A stretch of DNA of 33,745 bases from Candidatus Nanohaloarchaea archaeon (GCA_041639695.1 JBEQBQ010000012.1:1-33745); one strand, 5' to 3'. Shown: positions 17,659 through 27,000, counted from the first letter of the stretch. Made by a program: numbers and translations. The notes: generated from the letters alone by a model not told the origin.

Positions 17659-18384
17659 GTGCAAAGGGACAATCTTTCCAGACCACTAGAAGAATACCAG
17701 AACCACGAAGATGACATCGAATTTCTTGAGAAACTTCAGTCAGAAATAATAAAGAAGGATGCAGGCAAAGACACTGATTTCTGTCTTCCAGACCCCGGAC
17801 TAGGTTACATAGCGGAAGAACTTGACGAAAGATTGAATGAAACGAGAGAAGCAAAAGAACAAGCGAAAGAAGAGATGAGAGGGTTTTATACTGAGATTGA
17901 ACGAGATCTAAGACAACTCAGAACCGGAGAAATAAACGAAGAAGATATCCGGAAAAAGTATGGCAAAGATACAGAAAGTTTAAGGGTTGTGAGAGACTTT
18001 TACGAGGATGGGCTGGAAGTCCCTACAGATGGAGATCGTACTTACTTTGAGAACACGCTTCTAGGACATAGTGCAGAGAAACAGCTTGAAACAGTTGAGG
18101 ACGCTATCGACGACTATAGAGGGGAGAAAGAAACCCTGAAAAACTGGAGGGATGATTACGAGCAGGGAAAGATTCCGGAAGATCGTATGGCAGAAAAGAT
18201 AACCGAATACTTCCAGAAGAAAGAGCACCTGGAGGACCTAATGGAAGAACTCGACCGCTCTGAAATGTCGCCGAAAGATCAGAAACAGGAAATCATAGAT
18301 ACCAGAAAGGAACATATAGAAACCCAGATTAAGGAACTTCAAGGCGACAGAATCAGGGTCGAGATTCAGGGAAACCTCGGTTGA
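17659..18384 (+). CDS. Hypothetical acidic alpha-helical protein
   Basis: 241 aa ORF (GTG start) between rpoD and tRNA-Leu; no recognised motif. Confidence 0.7.
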   Translation: MQRDNLSRPLEEYQNHEDDIEFLEKLQSEIIKKDAGKDTDFCLPDPGLGYIAEELDERLNETREAKEQAKEEMRGFYTEIERDLRQLRTGEINEEDIRKKYGKDTESLRVVRDFYEDGLEVPTDGDRTYFENTLLGHSAEKQLETVEDAIDDYRGEKETLKNWRDDYEQGKIPEDRMAEKITEYFQKKEHLEDLMEELDRSEMSPKDQKQEIIDTRKEHIETQIKELQGDRIRVEIQGNLG

Positions 18385-18429
18385 AGACACCTCCTCCTTT
18401 AAGCTTTCAGACCTCAATTCCGAATAAAT

Positions 18430-18512
<83 letters not shown>

Positions 18513-18519
18513 AACCCTT

Positions 18520-19449
18520 CTAGGATGTAAGCAGGTGCAGACTTAGCTCCTGGTAAGCATCGTTACCCTGCAGTATGAAATCTGATCCGTTATGATAGAC
18601 GTTTACCTGGTTGGCATTTGAAGAAGTTCCTAAGATATTTTCAGGATCGTTCAACTTAGTAACCGTGTTTGATCCATCCATCATGAAAGTTGCCGCCGCC
18701 TTAGGATTTCTATCCTTTAATACAACTCCGAAGGCCATCAAACCGTTCTGAACCAGAGTTCTGTTGGAGAGGTTAACTGTCTCCCCGCCATCGTTCTCCT
18801 TTAAGACGTACATTTCGTGTCCTGCATAACCTCTCTGGACTCTTCCTACGCGCCCACCATCAGATTTTATATCAACAGTTCCTGAAACATTCAGATCTGC
18901 GTTTTTAACTTCTACAGGCCCGCCTTCGTTCCATTTCATAAGGTTCTGGCTGTTGGCCTCATCAAATAAACGTATTGAATCCGAGCCTCCGCCCGGCGTA
19001 CGTAGTACCGGAGAGCCGTTAGCATTAGCTCCAGTAAAATCTATATGACCGTCAAGACGGAGAGAGTTATCGCTTGCATCGGTTCCTAAAACCTCCATCT
19101 TAGTGTTTTTGATTTGAACCGGCCCACCGCTATTTATGTTGAAGTACTGGCTTCCAGAGTCAAGAAACTCAAGACCGGACGCGCTCGAAACACCGTCCGC
19201 AGTCAGCTTCAGACCAGATGCGGAAGCAATTCCTACTGCACCAAGCCCTGCTGCACCCGCACCAACCTTCTTCAGAAATGAACGGCGGGAAAGCTGATCC
19301 TGGTTCTCTTTTGCTTCTTTACCGGTGAGAGCATTATTTAGCTTCTTTCTAAGCTGCCTATTATTCTCTTCCAGTTTATCACTTCTTTCCTCAAGTCTCT
19401 CAATTCGTTTTAACAAGTCTTTAGTTGAATAATCTTCTTGACCAGTCAT
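18520..19449 (-). CDS. Coiled-coil + internal twin-arginine signal + beta-rich fibre-like protein (paralog 1)
   Basis: aa12-40 heptads (KRIERLE); SRRSFLK at aa54-60 followed by a Gly/Ala hydrophobic helix; internal repeat NSGGPVQIKN / NEGGPVEVKN; G/S/N-rich. Confidence 0.8.
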   Translation of the reverse strand: MTGQEDYSTKDLLKRIERLEERSDKLEENNRQLRKKLNNALTGKEAKENQDQLSRRSFLKKVGAGAAGLGAVGIASASGLKLTADGVSSASGLEFLDSGSQYFNINSGGPVQIKNTKMEVLGTDASDNSLRLDGHIDFTGANANGSPVLRTPGGGSDSIRLFDEANSQNLMKWNEGGPVEVKNADLNVSGTVDIKSDGGRVGRVQRGYAGHEMYVLKENDGGETVNLSNRTLVQNGLMAFGVVLKDRNPKAAATFMMDGSNTVTKLNDPENILGTSSNANQVNVYHNGSDFILQGNDAYQELSLHLLTS

Positions 19450-19546
19450 GAAGACTCATAGCAGGCATTAGAATATGAAACTTAGGCCTATTATCAGACC
19501 TAAACCTAGTACAGCTTTTTAACCAAGCTTCGACAATTCTGGGTTA

Positions 19547-20497
19547 ATGGACATGGAAGAGGCTTTTCCCCGGCTCTCAAGCAAAGACAGTTCTGAAGAT
19601 GAAGAAGATCTGAAGAAAAAAGTGGATGATGTCTTGGATGAGAAGGAGTCGGAATGGGAAGACACTTTTTCGAAGTACCAGGAGATGAACCGCCAGCTCC
19701 ATGTTAAGGCGATGGCTGAAGCCCAGAGAAAGGTTTTAAGACAGGTAATGGAAGACATGGTGGAGATGGTCGACGACAAGACCGATGCCACAAAGGAAGA
19801 ACTAGAAGAAATGGTCGAGGAAAGAACCGGCGAACTTGAGGAAGAGATAGAATCAAACGCCGAAAAAATAGATAACCTAGAAGAGACACATGAAGAGGAT
19901 ACAGAGGAGCTTGAGGAAAATATCAAGGAATCGAACAAGGACTTGCTTGAAAGAATTGACTCGACAAAAGAAAAGCTGAACGAAAGAATCGATTCGAACC
20001 GTTCGCTGTTCAGAAAGAAATCCGATACTTTGACAGACAAGATTGACGAGGCCACACTCAAGCTTGAGTCGATGGAACAAACTGAAACACCTGAAGGATT
20101 GAGTGAGAGGGTGGAGACGCTTTCCGAGAAAGTGGAGAAAGTCGAGGACGAGGCCCGGAGCGCTGAAGAATCCGGTGTAGATACTGACGAGGTTGTGGAG
20201 AAAGTAAGGGAGAGGCTTGAAGTCGAGAAAATGAAACAGCTTGAGGACGAAAAGGATGAAGAACCCGAGTCATCGGCCCTGAACCCTAGCGATATCGATG
20301 AGTCGATGGAAGGAAGACAGGTCAAGGTCGAGGGCAACCTAGAGTTCAGGAAGAAGGTCAACGATTACAACTTCTACAAGATGTCTGACAAAGGAGACCA
20401 CGTTATTGTAAGATCGAAAGACCGTATTCCCTCAGGAAGACACGTGTTTGATGGTACTGTGAAGAAAATCAAGGGCAACCTGGTTGTCAACACATAG
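19547..20497 (+). CDS. Coiled-coil protein with C-terminal OB-fold-like domain (short paralog)
   Basis: Head motif EKESEWEDTF; about 200 aa of heptads; C-terminal IDESMEGRQVKVEG...YKMSDKGDHVIVRS...FDGTVK. Confidence 0.8.
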   Translation: MDMEEAFPRLSSKDSSEDEEDLKKKVDDVLDEKESEWEDTFSKYQEMNRQLHVKAMAEAQRKVLRQVMEDMVEMVDDKTDATKEELEEMVEERTGELEEEIESNAEKIDNLEETHEEDTEELEENIKESNKDLLERIDSTKEKLNERIDSNRSLFRKKSDTLTDKIDEATLKLESMEQTETPEGLSERVETLSEKVEKVEDEARSAEESGVDTDEVVEKVRERLEVEKMKQLEDEKDEEPESSALNPSDIDESMEGRQVKVEGNLEFRKKVNDYNFYKMSDKGDHVIVRSKDRIPSGRHVFDGTVKKIKGNLVVNT

Positions 20498-20502
20498 ACC
20501 GG

Positions 20503-20510
20503 TTTATAAA
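20503..20510 (+). promoter_or_regulatory. TATA box of rpl18e-rpl13-rps9-rpoN operon (leadered mRNA)
   Basis: TTTATAAA about 60 nt upstream of ATG 20570; SD GAGGT at 20557-20561. Confidence 0.65.
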
Positions 20511-20569
20511 GTTCACCTTCGTTTCTTGAAAATACCAGCAGTGGCATTTTTGCCGCGAGGTAGATTACT

Positions 20570-20920
20570 ATGGATGCAAAAGCAGACCCAACCAACCCAG
20601 TACTATTAGAAACTATTGAGCTTCTCAAGGAGCAGGACGCTCCTGTATACAGAGAAGCAGCAGAAAACCTTGGAAAAGTTAATAGAAGACGTCCGGAAGT
20701 CAACATTTCGGACATCGAAAGAAATGCTGAAGAAGGCGAGACAGTTATCGTCCCCGGAAAGGTCCTAGGAACAGGATACCTTTCGAAAGACGTTAAAGTT
20801 GCCGCCTTCAAAGCCTCCTCAAGCGCAAAGGAAAAGATCAACGAGGAAGGCGAGTTCAAGTTCATTCAGGATCTTGTAGAAGAAAATCCTGAAGGAGAAG
20901 AGGTGAAGATTCTAAAATGA
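20570..20920 (+). CDS. rpl18e: 50S ribosomal protein L18e
   Basis: PTNP, RRRPEVNIS.I, VIVPGKVLGTG, VAAFKAS.SA.EKI, NPEG. Confidence 0.96.
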   Translation: MDAKADPTNPVLLETIELLKEQDAPVYREAAENLGKVNRRRPEVNISDIERNAEEGETVIVPGKVLGTGYLSKDVKVAAFKASSSAKEKINEEGEFKFIQDLVEENPEGEEVKILK

Positions 20921-21324
20921 TTGTAAACGCAGAAAACAAAGTTCTTGGAAGACTTGCTTCCGATATCGCAAGAAAGATCGGCGATGGAGAAGAAGTCAAG
21001 GTCGTTAACTCAGAAAAAGCCGTTATCTCGGGCGACGAGAAAGAAGTCAAGGAAGAGTACAAGACAAAGTACGACAGAGGAGCCAGAGACTTCGGACCTT
21101 ACTACCCTAAGAGACCTGACAAAATCCTGAAGAGAACCGTTAAAGGAATGGTTCCTGACGGAGACGAGGAACACGTCAAGGCGTACCTCGGCGTGCCTGA
21201 AGACCTTGAAGACCATGAAGAGGTCGATGTAAAGGAAGGCAACAACCTGAAGAACAGGAACTATGTAAAACTTGGCGAGGTATCCAAGTTTATCGGATGG
21301 ACTCCCTCAGGTGATCTCGAATAA
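20917..21324 (+). CDS. rpl13: 50S ribosomal protein L13 (uL13)
   Basis: VLGRLAS, VVNSEKAVISG, GPYYPKRPD.ILKRTVKGM, YLGVP, YVKLGEVS..IG. Confidence 0.96.
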   Translation: MIVNAENKVLGRLASDIARKIGDGEEVKVVNSEKAVISGDEKEVKEEYKTKYDRGARDFGPYYPKRPDKILKRTVKGMVPDGDEEHVKAYLGVPEDLEDHEEVDVKEGNNLKNRNYVKLGEVSKFIGWTPSGDLE

Positions 21325-21722
21325 TGACACACGCAAACGGAAAAAGAAAGACAGCAAAGGCACGAGCTTCAGTTACTGAAGGAGAAGGAACCCTGAGGAT
21401 CAACTCCCAGCCACTCAAAACATACAGAGAAATGTTCAGACAGAGAGTCAAAGAACCTCTCGTAATCGCAGGCGAAGACGTCTACTCCGACCTCGACATA
21501 GATGTCAACGTCGAAGGAGGAGGAATCCAGGCACAGGCAGAAGCCACGAGAATGGCTGTCGCCCGCGCACTAGTAGAACACACAGGAGACGACGATCTGG
21601 AGAGAGACTTCAGGGACTACGACAGAAACATGATTGTCGAAGACCCGAGAAGAACCGAGACACGCAAACCTTCGCAGTCCAGCAAGGGAGCGAGACATAA
21701 ACAGCAGAAGTCCTACCGTTAG
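21324..21722 (+). CDS. rps9: 30S ribosomal protein S9 (uS9)
   Basis: GKRKTA.ARA, VEGGG..AQAEA, YDR.M.V.DPRRTE, GARHKQQKSYR. Confidence 0.98.
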   Translation: MTHANGKRKTAKARASVTEGEGTLRINSQPLKTYREMFRQRVKEPLVIAGEDVYSDLDIDVNVEGGGIQAQAEATRMAVARALVEHTGDDDLERDFRDYDRNMIVEDPRRTETRKPSQSSKGARHKQQKSYR

Positions 21723-21734
21723 AGGTATCCAAGA

Positions 21735-21932
21735 ATGCAAATACCAGTACGCTGCATGTCATGCGGCAAGGTAATCTCCGACAAGTGGAAAGAATTTAAC
21801 GAAAGAGTCGAGGAAGGAGAGGACAAGAAAGAAGTCCTTGACGACCTCGGACTAGAGAAGTACTGCTGCAGAACAGTCTTCTTGACCCACGTAGACACAG
21901 TAGAAGAAGTCGGAGAGCACAAGATCGTTTAA
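21735..21932 (+). CDS. rpoN: RNA polymerase subunit N (Rpo10)
   Basis: IPVRCMSCGKVI, VLDDLGLEKYCCR. Confidence 0.98.
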   Translation: MQIPVRCMSCGKVISDKWKEFNERVEEGEDKKEVLDDLGLEKYCCRTVFLTHVDTVEEVGEHKIV

Positions 21933-21938
21933 AGCGAT

Positions 21939-21966
21939 CTTTTTTTCCTTCTATATTTTTTCCTTC
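21939..21966 (+). terminator. U-rich terminator after rpoN
   Basis: CTTTTTTTCCTTCTATATTTTTTCCTT tract following the stop. Confidence 0.6.
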
Positions 21967-21990
21967 TGAAAACTAATTGGTTAAGAACCA

Positions 21991-22737
21991 CTACAAGGAC
22001 TGTTCAACCCACCAGATCATTCCTCCACTTGCCTGATATGTAGAACCGTCCGGAACAATACCTGATAGCGTTATATCTCGACCTTCGTTACTGTTGTCCT
22101 CCTGATATACTTCATCGGATTTCAAGCCATCAATATAGAGTTCTGCCGAAACCGACTGCCCTGAGAAGGCTACGATAACACGAATCGGGCCACCAGTATT
22201 GTTGGTGTATTGGGTTCCTGTCGATCGGCTTGACGTAACGTCTTGAGGAGAGCTCGGGCTGAAACCTAGATCAGCTGCTTCAGATCCATCGACCGTATCG
22301 GCGTTTAACCCGCTTCCAGTGCCTTGTTCGATGTTCGCGCTAGGTATCCGCGAGTTACTCTCATCCCAGATCTTCTCTCCGTCTTTAGCAGTCAGATCAC
22401 CGCCTATAGTTAAACCGCCAGTCATAGACTGCGTTCCGTCTAAAGGGATGTAGTTAGATTTCTGAAAGGTTCCTTCATGCCAAAAACTGTTGCCCGACTT
22501 GGAGATACCGTTTTTATCGAGGGTTAATGCTCCAGCGGCGACCGAAGAAGCTGCTAAACCACTTGCCCCTAAACCTAGAAACTTTAGGAAATTTCTTCTC
22601 GAAACTTTACTGTTTTCAGTAGTTTGGGAGGCAGACTTTTCCGAGTCTCGAAGGCTATCTATCTCTTTTTTGAGTTGCTTGTTCTCTTCTTCAAGTTTAG
22701 ATACTCTCTCAAGCAACCTCTCAAACTTATCTTCCAT
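21991..22737 (-). CDS. Coiled-coil + internal twin-arginine signal + phage tail-fibre-like protein (paralog 2)
   Basis: ERVSKLEEENKQLKKEI; SRRNFLK at aa46-52; YIPLDGTQSMTGGL, GSGLNADTVDG and QDVTSSRSTGTQYTNNTGGPIRVIV resemble tail-fibre shaft and tip motifs. Confidence 0.82.
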   Translation of the reverse strand: MEDKFERLLERVSKLEEENKQLKKEIDSLRDSEKSASQTTENSKVSRRNFLKFLGLGASGLAASSVAAGALTLDKNGISKSGNSFWHEGTFQKSNYIPLDGTQSMTGGLTIGGDLTAKDGEKIWDESNSRIPSANIEQGTGSGLNADTVDGSEAADLGFSPSSPQDVTSSRSTGTQYTNNTGGPIRVIVAFSGQSVSAELYIDGLKSDEVYQEDNSNEGRDITLSGIVPDGSTYQASGGMIWWVEQSL

Positions 22738-22791
22738 ACTTGATAATTCTCCAGCCAGTTGAATAAGTTTTCGACCAGAAATCCTGTCTAA

Positions 22792-23169
22792 CTATAGTTT
22801 TCTCAAAGCCGGCAGAACCATTTCCAGATTAGGCGCTAGGTCTATTTCATCTAGTTCAGAGCCTTTGAACCATTCAAGTTTTCCAAATTTTTCCTCCTGT
22901 AATTCAGGTTCTTCGCTGGTTTCGGCGAGGTAGCAGTGCCAAAGGAACAAAGTACCATCATGTTCGAACTCACCCGTGTAGAACGGCTTCCGTAGCTCCA
23001 ATCCAACACCGATTTCTTCTCGGGCCTCTCTCACAGCTGCTTTGGTCGGGCTCTCCTCGTCCTCAACTTTCCCTCCAGGAACCTCCCAGTGTTCTTCGTC
23101 TTTCCTGTATAGAAGAAGTACTTTTTCATCCCTAACTATCAGGCTTCCCGCAAGCTCCGTATAGTCCAT
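22792..23169 (-). CDS. Nudix hydrolase (MutT-like)
   Basis: WEVPGGKVEDEESPTKAAVREAREEIG Nudix box. Confidence 0.93.
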   Translation of the reverse strand: MDYTELAGSLIVRDEKVLLLYRKDEEHWEVPGGKVEDEESPTKAAVREAREEIGVGLELRKPFYTGEFEHDGTLFLWHCYLAETSEEPELQEEKFGKLEWFKGSELDEIDLAPNLEMVLPALRKL

Positions 23170-23966
23170 TAAAACAGAACTAGTGGAAGCATCGATAAGA
23201 AGCCTACGACTAGTCCTGTCGCCATCTCTCTTTTTCCACCGCCTTCAAGTTCTTCTCCCTCTTCTAATCCTTCCGGGATCAAATGGTGTACCACAAGTAC
23301 GGACATCGCGCCAGCCGCAAAACCGAAGCCGTATGGAAGAAACGCTCTTGCTAAAGTAACGAAGTAGTAGGCTATTACGGCGCCGATAGGCTGTGGAAGA
23401 GACGAGAAGATAGCCCACCATACCATGCTGTACTTCGAAAGACCGAGGCGTTTGATAGGGATCGAGATTGCGAGGCCTTCCGGAATATTGTGTATAGAAA
23501 TTGCGATAGTCATGAAGACTGCGAGAACCGGAACAGTGAAACCAAGGAAATCTATGCCCGCCGCGAGATTAAGATCGGCGAACGATACCCCGATCGCGAC
23601 ACCTTCAGGAAAACTGTGAACCGTTAAAATACCGAGAATTAGTACAAGTTTCGTGAAATCTGCTTTAGGAAGTTCTTTAGGCTCGTAGTCAAACCTGTGG
23701 ATCACCTTGTCCGCTACAAAAACCAGTATTCCCCCCAGGAAGCCGCCGATGAAGACCTGTAAAGCTGTTCCCTCGGCCAGGCCTTCAAGAACCAATCCGA
23801 AAACCGACGCGGAAAGCATTATACCCGAGGCTAATCCCCACAAACCGACAGTCCATCGATCGGAAACTTCGTCCTTGAAAAAATAGGGTAAAGCTCCTAG
23901 ACCGGTTGCTAAAGCAGTTATCAGGCCCGATATGAATACAAGTGTGAAGTCCGCCAGCGCCGACAT
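23169..23966 (-). CDS. zupT: ZIP family divalent-metal transporter (ZupT/GufA)
   Basis: TALATGLGALP, LTVHSFPEGVAIG, ISIHNIPEGLAI, FAAGAM. Confidence 0.93.
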   Translation of the reverse strand: MSALADFTLVFISGLITALATGLGALPYFFKDEVSDRWTVGLWGLASGIMLSASVFGLVLEGLAEGTALQVFIGGFLGGILVFVADKVIHRFDYEPKELPKADFTKLVLILGILTVHSFPEGVAIGVSFADLNLAAGIDFLGFTVPVLAVFMTIAISIHNIPEGLAISIPIKRLGLSKYSMVWWAIFSSLPQPIGAVIAYYFVTLARAFLPYGFGFAAGAMSVLVVHHLIPEGLEEGEELEGGGKREMATGLVVGFLSMLPLVLF

Positions 23967-24054
23967 ATATCCCAGTGTTTACTCGACGGTTAAGAGTCCT
24001 CGGATTCGCCGGGAACCATTTTAAGCCAGCCGCGCAAAAAACTTTCTAAGTAAG

Positions 24055-27000
24055 ATGAGCCTGAAGCAGATAATCTCCGACCTCCGGACAAGCGACGAAA
24101 AGTTCGAGAAAGAGATCGAAAAAGTCCAGAAACAGGAGGAGAAAGAAATAGTCTCAGAGCTTGACGACGACATGAAGAAGCTGGTAGAGGAAAAGAAATC
24201 AGAGTGGGAAGACGCATTCGAGAACTATAGAGAGGAAGACCGTGAAAAATTCATTCAGGCCCTTGAACACATCAAAAACGATTTTATCCAAGAGCTCAGA
24301 CAGGACGTTAAGCAGGTTACGAAGCAGCACCACGAAGAGATACGACAGAAGCTTCTTGAGGAACTAGATGAGTTCGAGGAGAAAGAGGAAGAGCTTAGTG
24401 AAGAGATAGAACTTGAAGTAGAGAACCAGCGCGAGAGAATAAACTCCAGGCTTAATCAGAAAGCAAACGAGCTAGAGGATGAGCTTGAAGAGCAGATAAG
24501 TGAGCTTGAGCAGAAAAAACAGGAGATGGAAGAAAATATAGAGTCAACGTCGAGTGAAGTAGATGAAAAACTTGAATTGCTCGAAAATAAGCTTCAAAAA
24601 GCGCAGCAAAAGATTGACTCTGCGTTAGAATCTGAGAAAGAAGAGATAGAAAATCGTTTCGAGCAGCAAAACAACGAGTTGAAAAGAAGACAGCAGGAAG
24701 CCAAACAGGAGCTCGAATCAAAGACCAAGGAACTGGAAAACGAGATAGAAGAGGAAATAACGGAGATTGAAGGGGAGGCTAGAGATCTTCGTACCGAGTT
24801 CAGCGAATTCAGGGAAAGCGTTAACTCAGAGCTTGAAGAAAAAGGGGAAGAACTCGACTCCAAGTTCAAAAACAAACAGGAAAAAGTCGAGAAAAACCTG
24901 GAGAGCAAGAAAAAAGAGTTAGATGAACATTTCAAAGATAGAAACAGTGAAATAGAAGAAAAAGTTGAGAATATTCGTTCTGAGGTTAAAGAACACAAGG
25001 AAAATACTGATTCACGCCTAGAACAGAAAGAAAACGATTTAAAGCAAAAAGAAAAAGAGCTAGATCAGAAACTTGAAGAGAAAGAGAAGAAGCTCGATTC
25101 CAAAATTGAAAAAGAACAGAAGAAAGTTGAAAAAGAGCTGGAAGAGAAGAAGGATAAACTGGACAGAAATCTCAGCGAAAAAAGCCAGGAAATAGAAGAA
25201 AGAATTGATGAGATTAGCTCCCAAGTTGAAAAACACGAGGAAAATGTTAAATCCCGTCTTGAAGAAAAAGAAGAGAAGCTTGAATCAGAAATTGAGAATC
25301 ATCGACAAGAAACTGATTTAAGGCTTGAGAACGAGTTCGAAAAGCTTGAAGACCGGATGGAACACGATAGCAAGCAGCTAGGAGAAAAATTTAAGCAGAA
25401 GTCTAAACAATTGGATCAGAAAGTAGACAAGAAGCTTGATAGCTCCAGGTTTGAGGAGAAGACCGAAAAGCTCTCAGGCAAGATCTCAGAGATAAGTGAA
25501 GAGCAGGAAAGAAACAGAAGCCAACTACAGGACTTAAATCAGGAGATTGATGGCTTAAATGAAAAAATTGATGATACAAAGGATGAGTTCAACAACAGGA
25601 TCGAGTTTGAGAAAGAATCGAGACAGGAGACTGTCAAAGAACTAGATCAGAAACTTGAAACTAAGGCAGACTCAAACAAGCTGGAAAATAGGGTGCAAGA
25701 GCTTAAAGAATCGATCGAACAGAACTCAAAGAATCTTGATAACACTCAAGAAGAGCTAAACGAAAGATTAGAACAAAAGATAAACGCCGAAGAGCTTGAG
25801 AGCAGTATCAAATCGGCAAAGGATGCTCTTTCAAACAGAATAAAGTCAAAAGCCAATACCAAAGAAATAGATGAACTGAAAGAAAACCTAGAGTCATCCA
25901 AAACCAAGTTTAATGAGAAATTGGAGGATAAAACCGGAGATCTTGAGGAAAAAATTGATTCAAAGGCCGACAAGAAAATTAGGGAGGATGTTGAAGAAGT
26001 TGAGAAAGGCCTAGAAAATATCCAGCAAGAAGTTCAGAACGCCATTAAAGAACAGGAAAACCGTTTTGAAAGTCTTCAAACAGAGCTGGAGCAGAAGATA
26101 GATGGAGAACTCCAAGAGGCGGAATCTGAAAGAACAAATATAAAAGATCAATTAGATGAGAAAGCTGATTCATCAAAACTTGAACACCTGAAGCAAGATA
26201 TACAGTCCCGACCTAAATCCTCGAAAGTCGACGAAAAGTTCGAAGAAGTTCTAGAGGAAGTAGCCGAGTACGAGAAGAAAATTGAAGTCAACCAAGAAAA
26301 CTTTGAACAACTCAAACAAAGCTTGGGCTCGGCCGTGGAAGAACAAGAACTCAAAGAAGTCGAGGAAAATATTAGAGAATTAATCAGCGACAAGCCAGGA
26401 GAGAAACGAATAAACAGTCTTGAGCAAAGAATCGATGAAAAACCGGGACTAGAACAACTGGAAGAAACAATAGATCAGCAAATAGATTCCAAGGCCGATT
26501 CAGAGAAAGTCGAAGAACTTGAAAAGCGGTTGAAAGAAACAGCTGACGCCCAGATAGAAGATGAGATCGAAGAGCTAGAGCAAAAAATTGAGGATGCGAA
26601 CAAACTGGAGAATGATCTTCAAACCGTCAAGCAGAGACTTGAAGAAATAGAGGACAGTGACAACGCCACTGAAGAAGACGTAGAAGAACTAAGAAAAGAC
26701 GTAGAACAGAAAATGCTTGAACCACAGGAGGTCAAGAGAATCGCGTCCAGCTCGCAGGAAGTCGAAAAACTTGAGGAACGTGTTGAAAAGCTTGAAAGCA
26801 GCGACAGATCTGATCTGGAGAAACGTGTCGCAGAACTTGAGAAGAAGCTTGAACAAGGTTCAGAATCGAAAAATCCGGATAAAAGACCAGAAAAGAAGAG
26901 TCAGAAAGACTTTTTCCAGCCCGTAGACCTAGACAAAGGTATGACCGGCAACAAGATGAAGGTGAAAGGCGAGCTGAACTTCCACGAGGAAACTTCCGGA

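Noticed and set aside
17657-17689. Out-of-frame ATG mini-ORF overlapping the GTG start of 17659-18384 (uORF or frameshift)
   Set aside because: A 10-codon ORF with no supporting signal; cannot be separated from chance or start-site uncertainty.
19450-19480. Shared upstream motif of the two fibre genes (TATTCTAATGCCTG vs TATTCAACTGGCTG on the minus strand)
   Set aside because: Only two instances, several mismatches and overlap with the TATA region; not distinguishable from chance.
19519-20361. Long Ser/Phe-rich antisense ORFs (this one and many similar)
   Set aside because: Mirror of GAA/GAG-rich coding strands; no independent coding signal.
18520-22737. Provirus explaining the tail-fibre-like genes
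   Set aside because: No integrase, capsid, terminase or att duplication of tRNA-Leu was seen; the genes are interleaved with core ribosomal genes and carry export signals.
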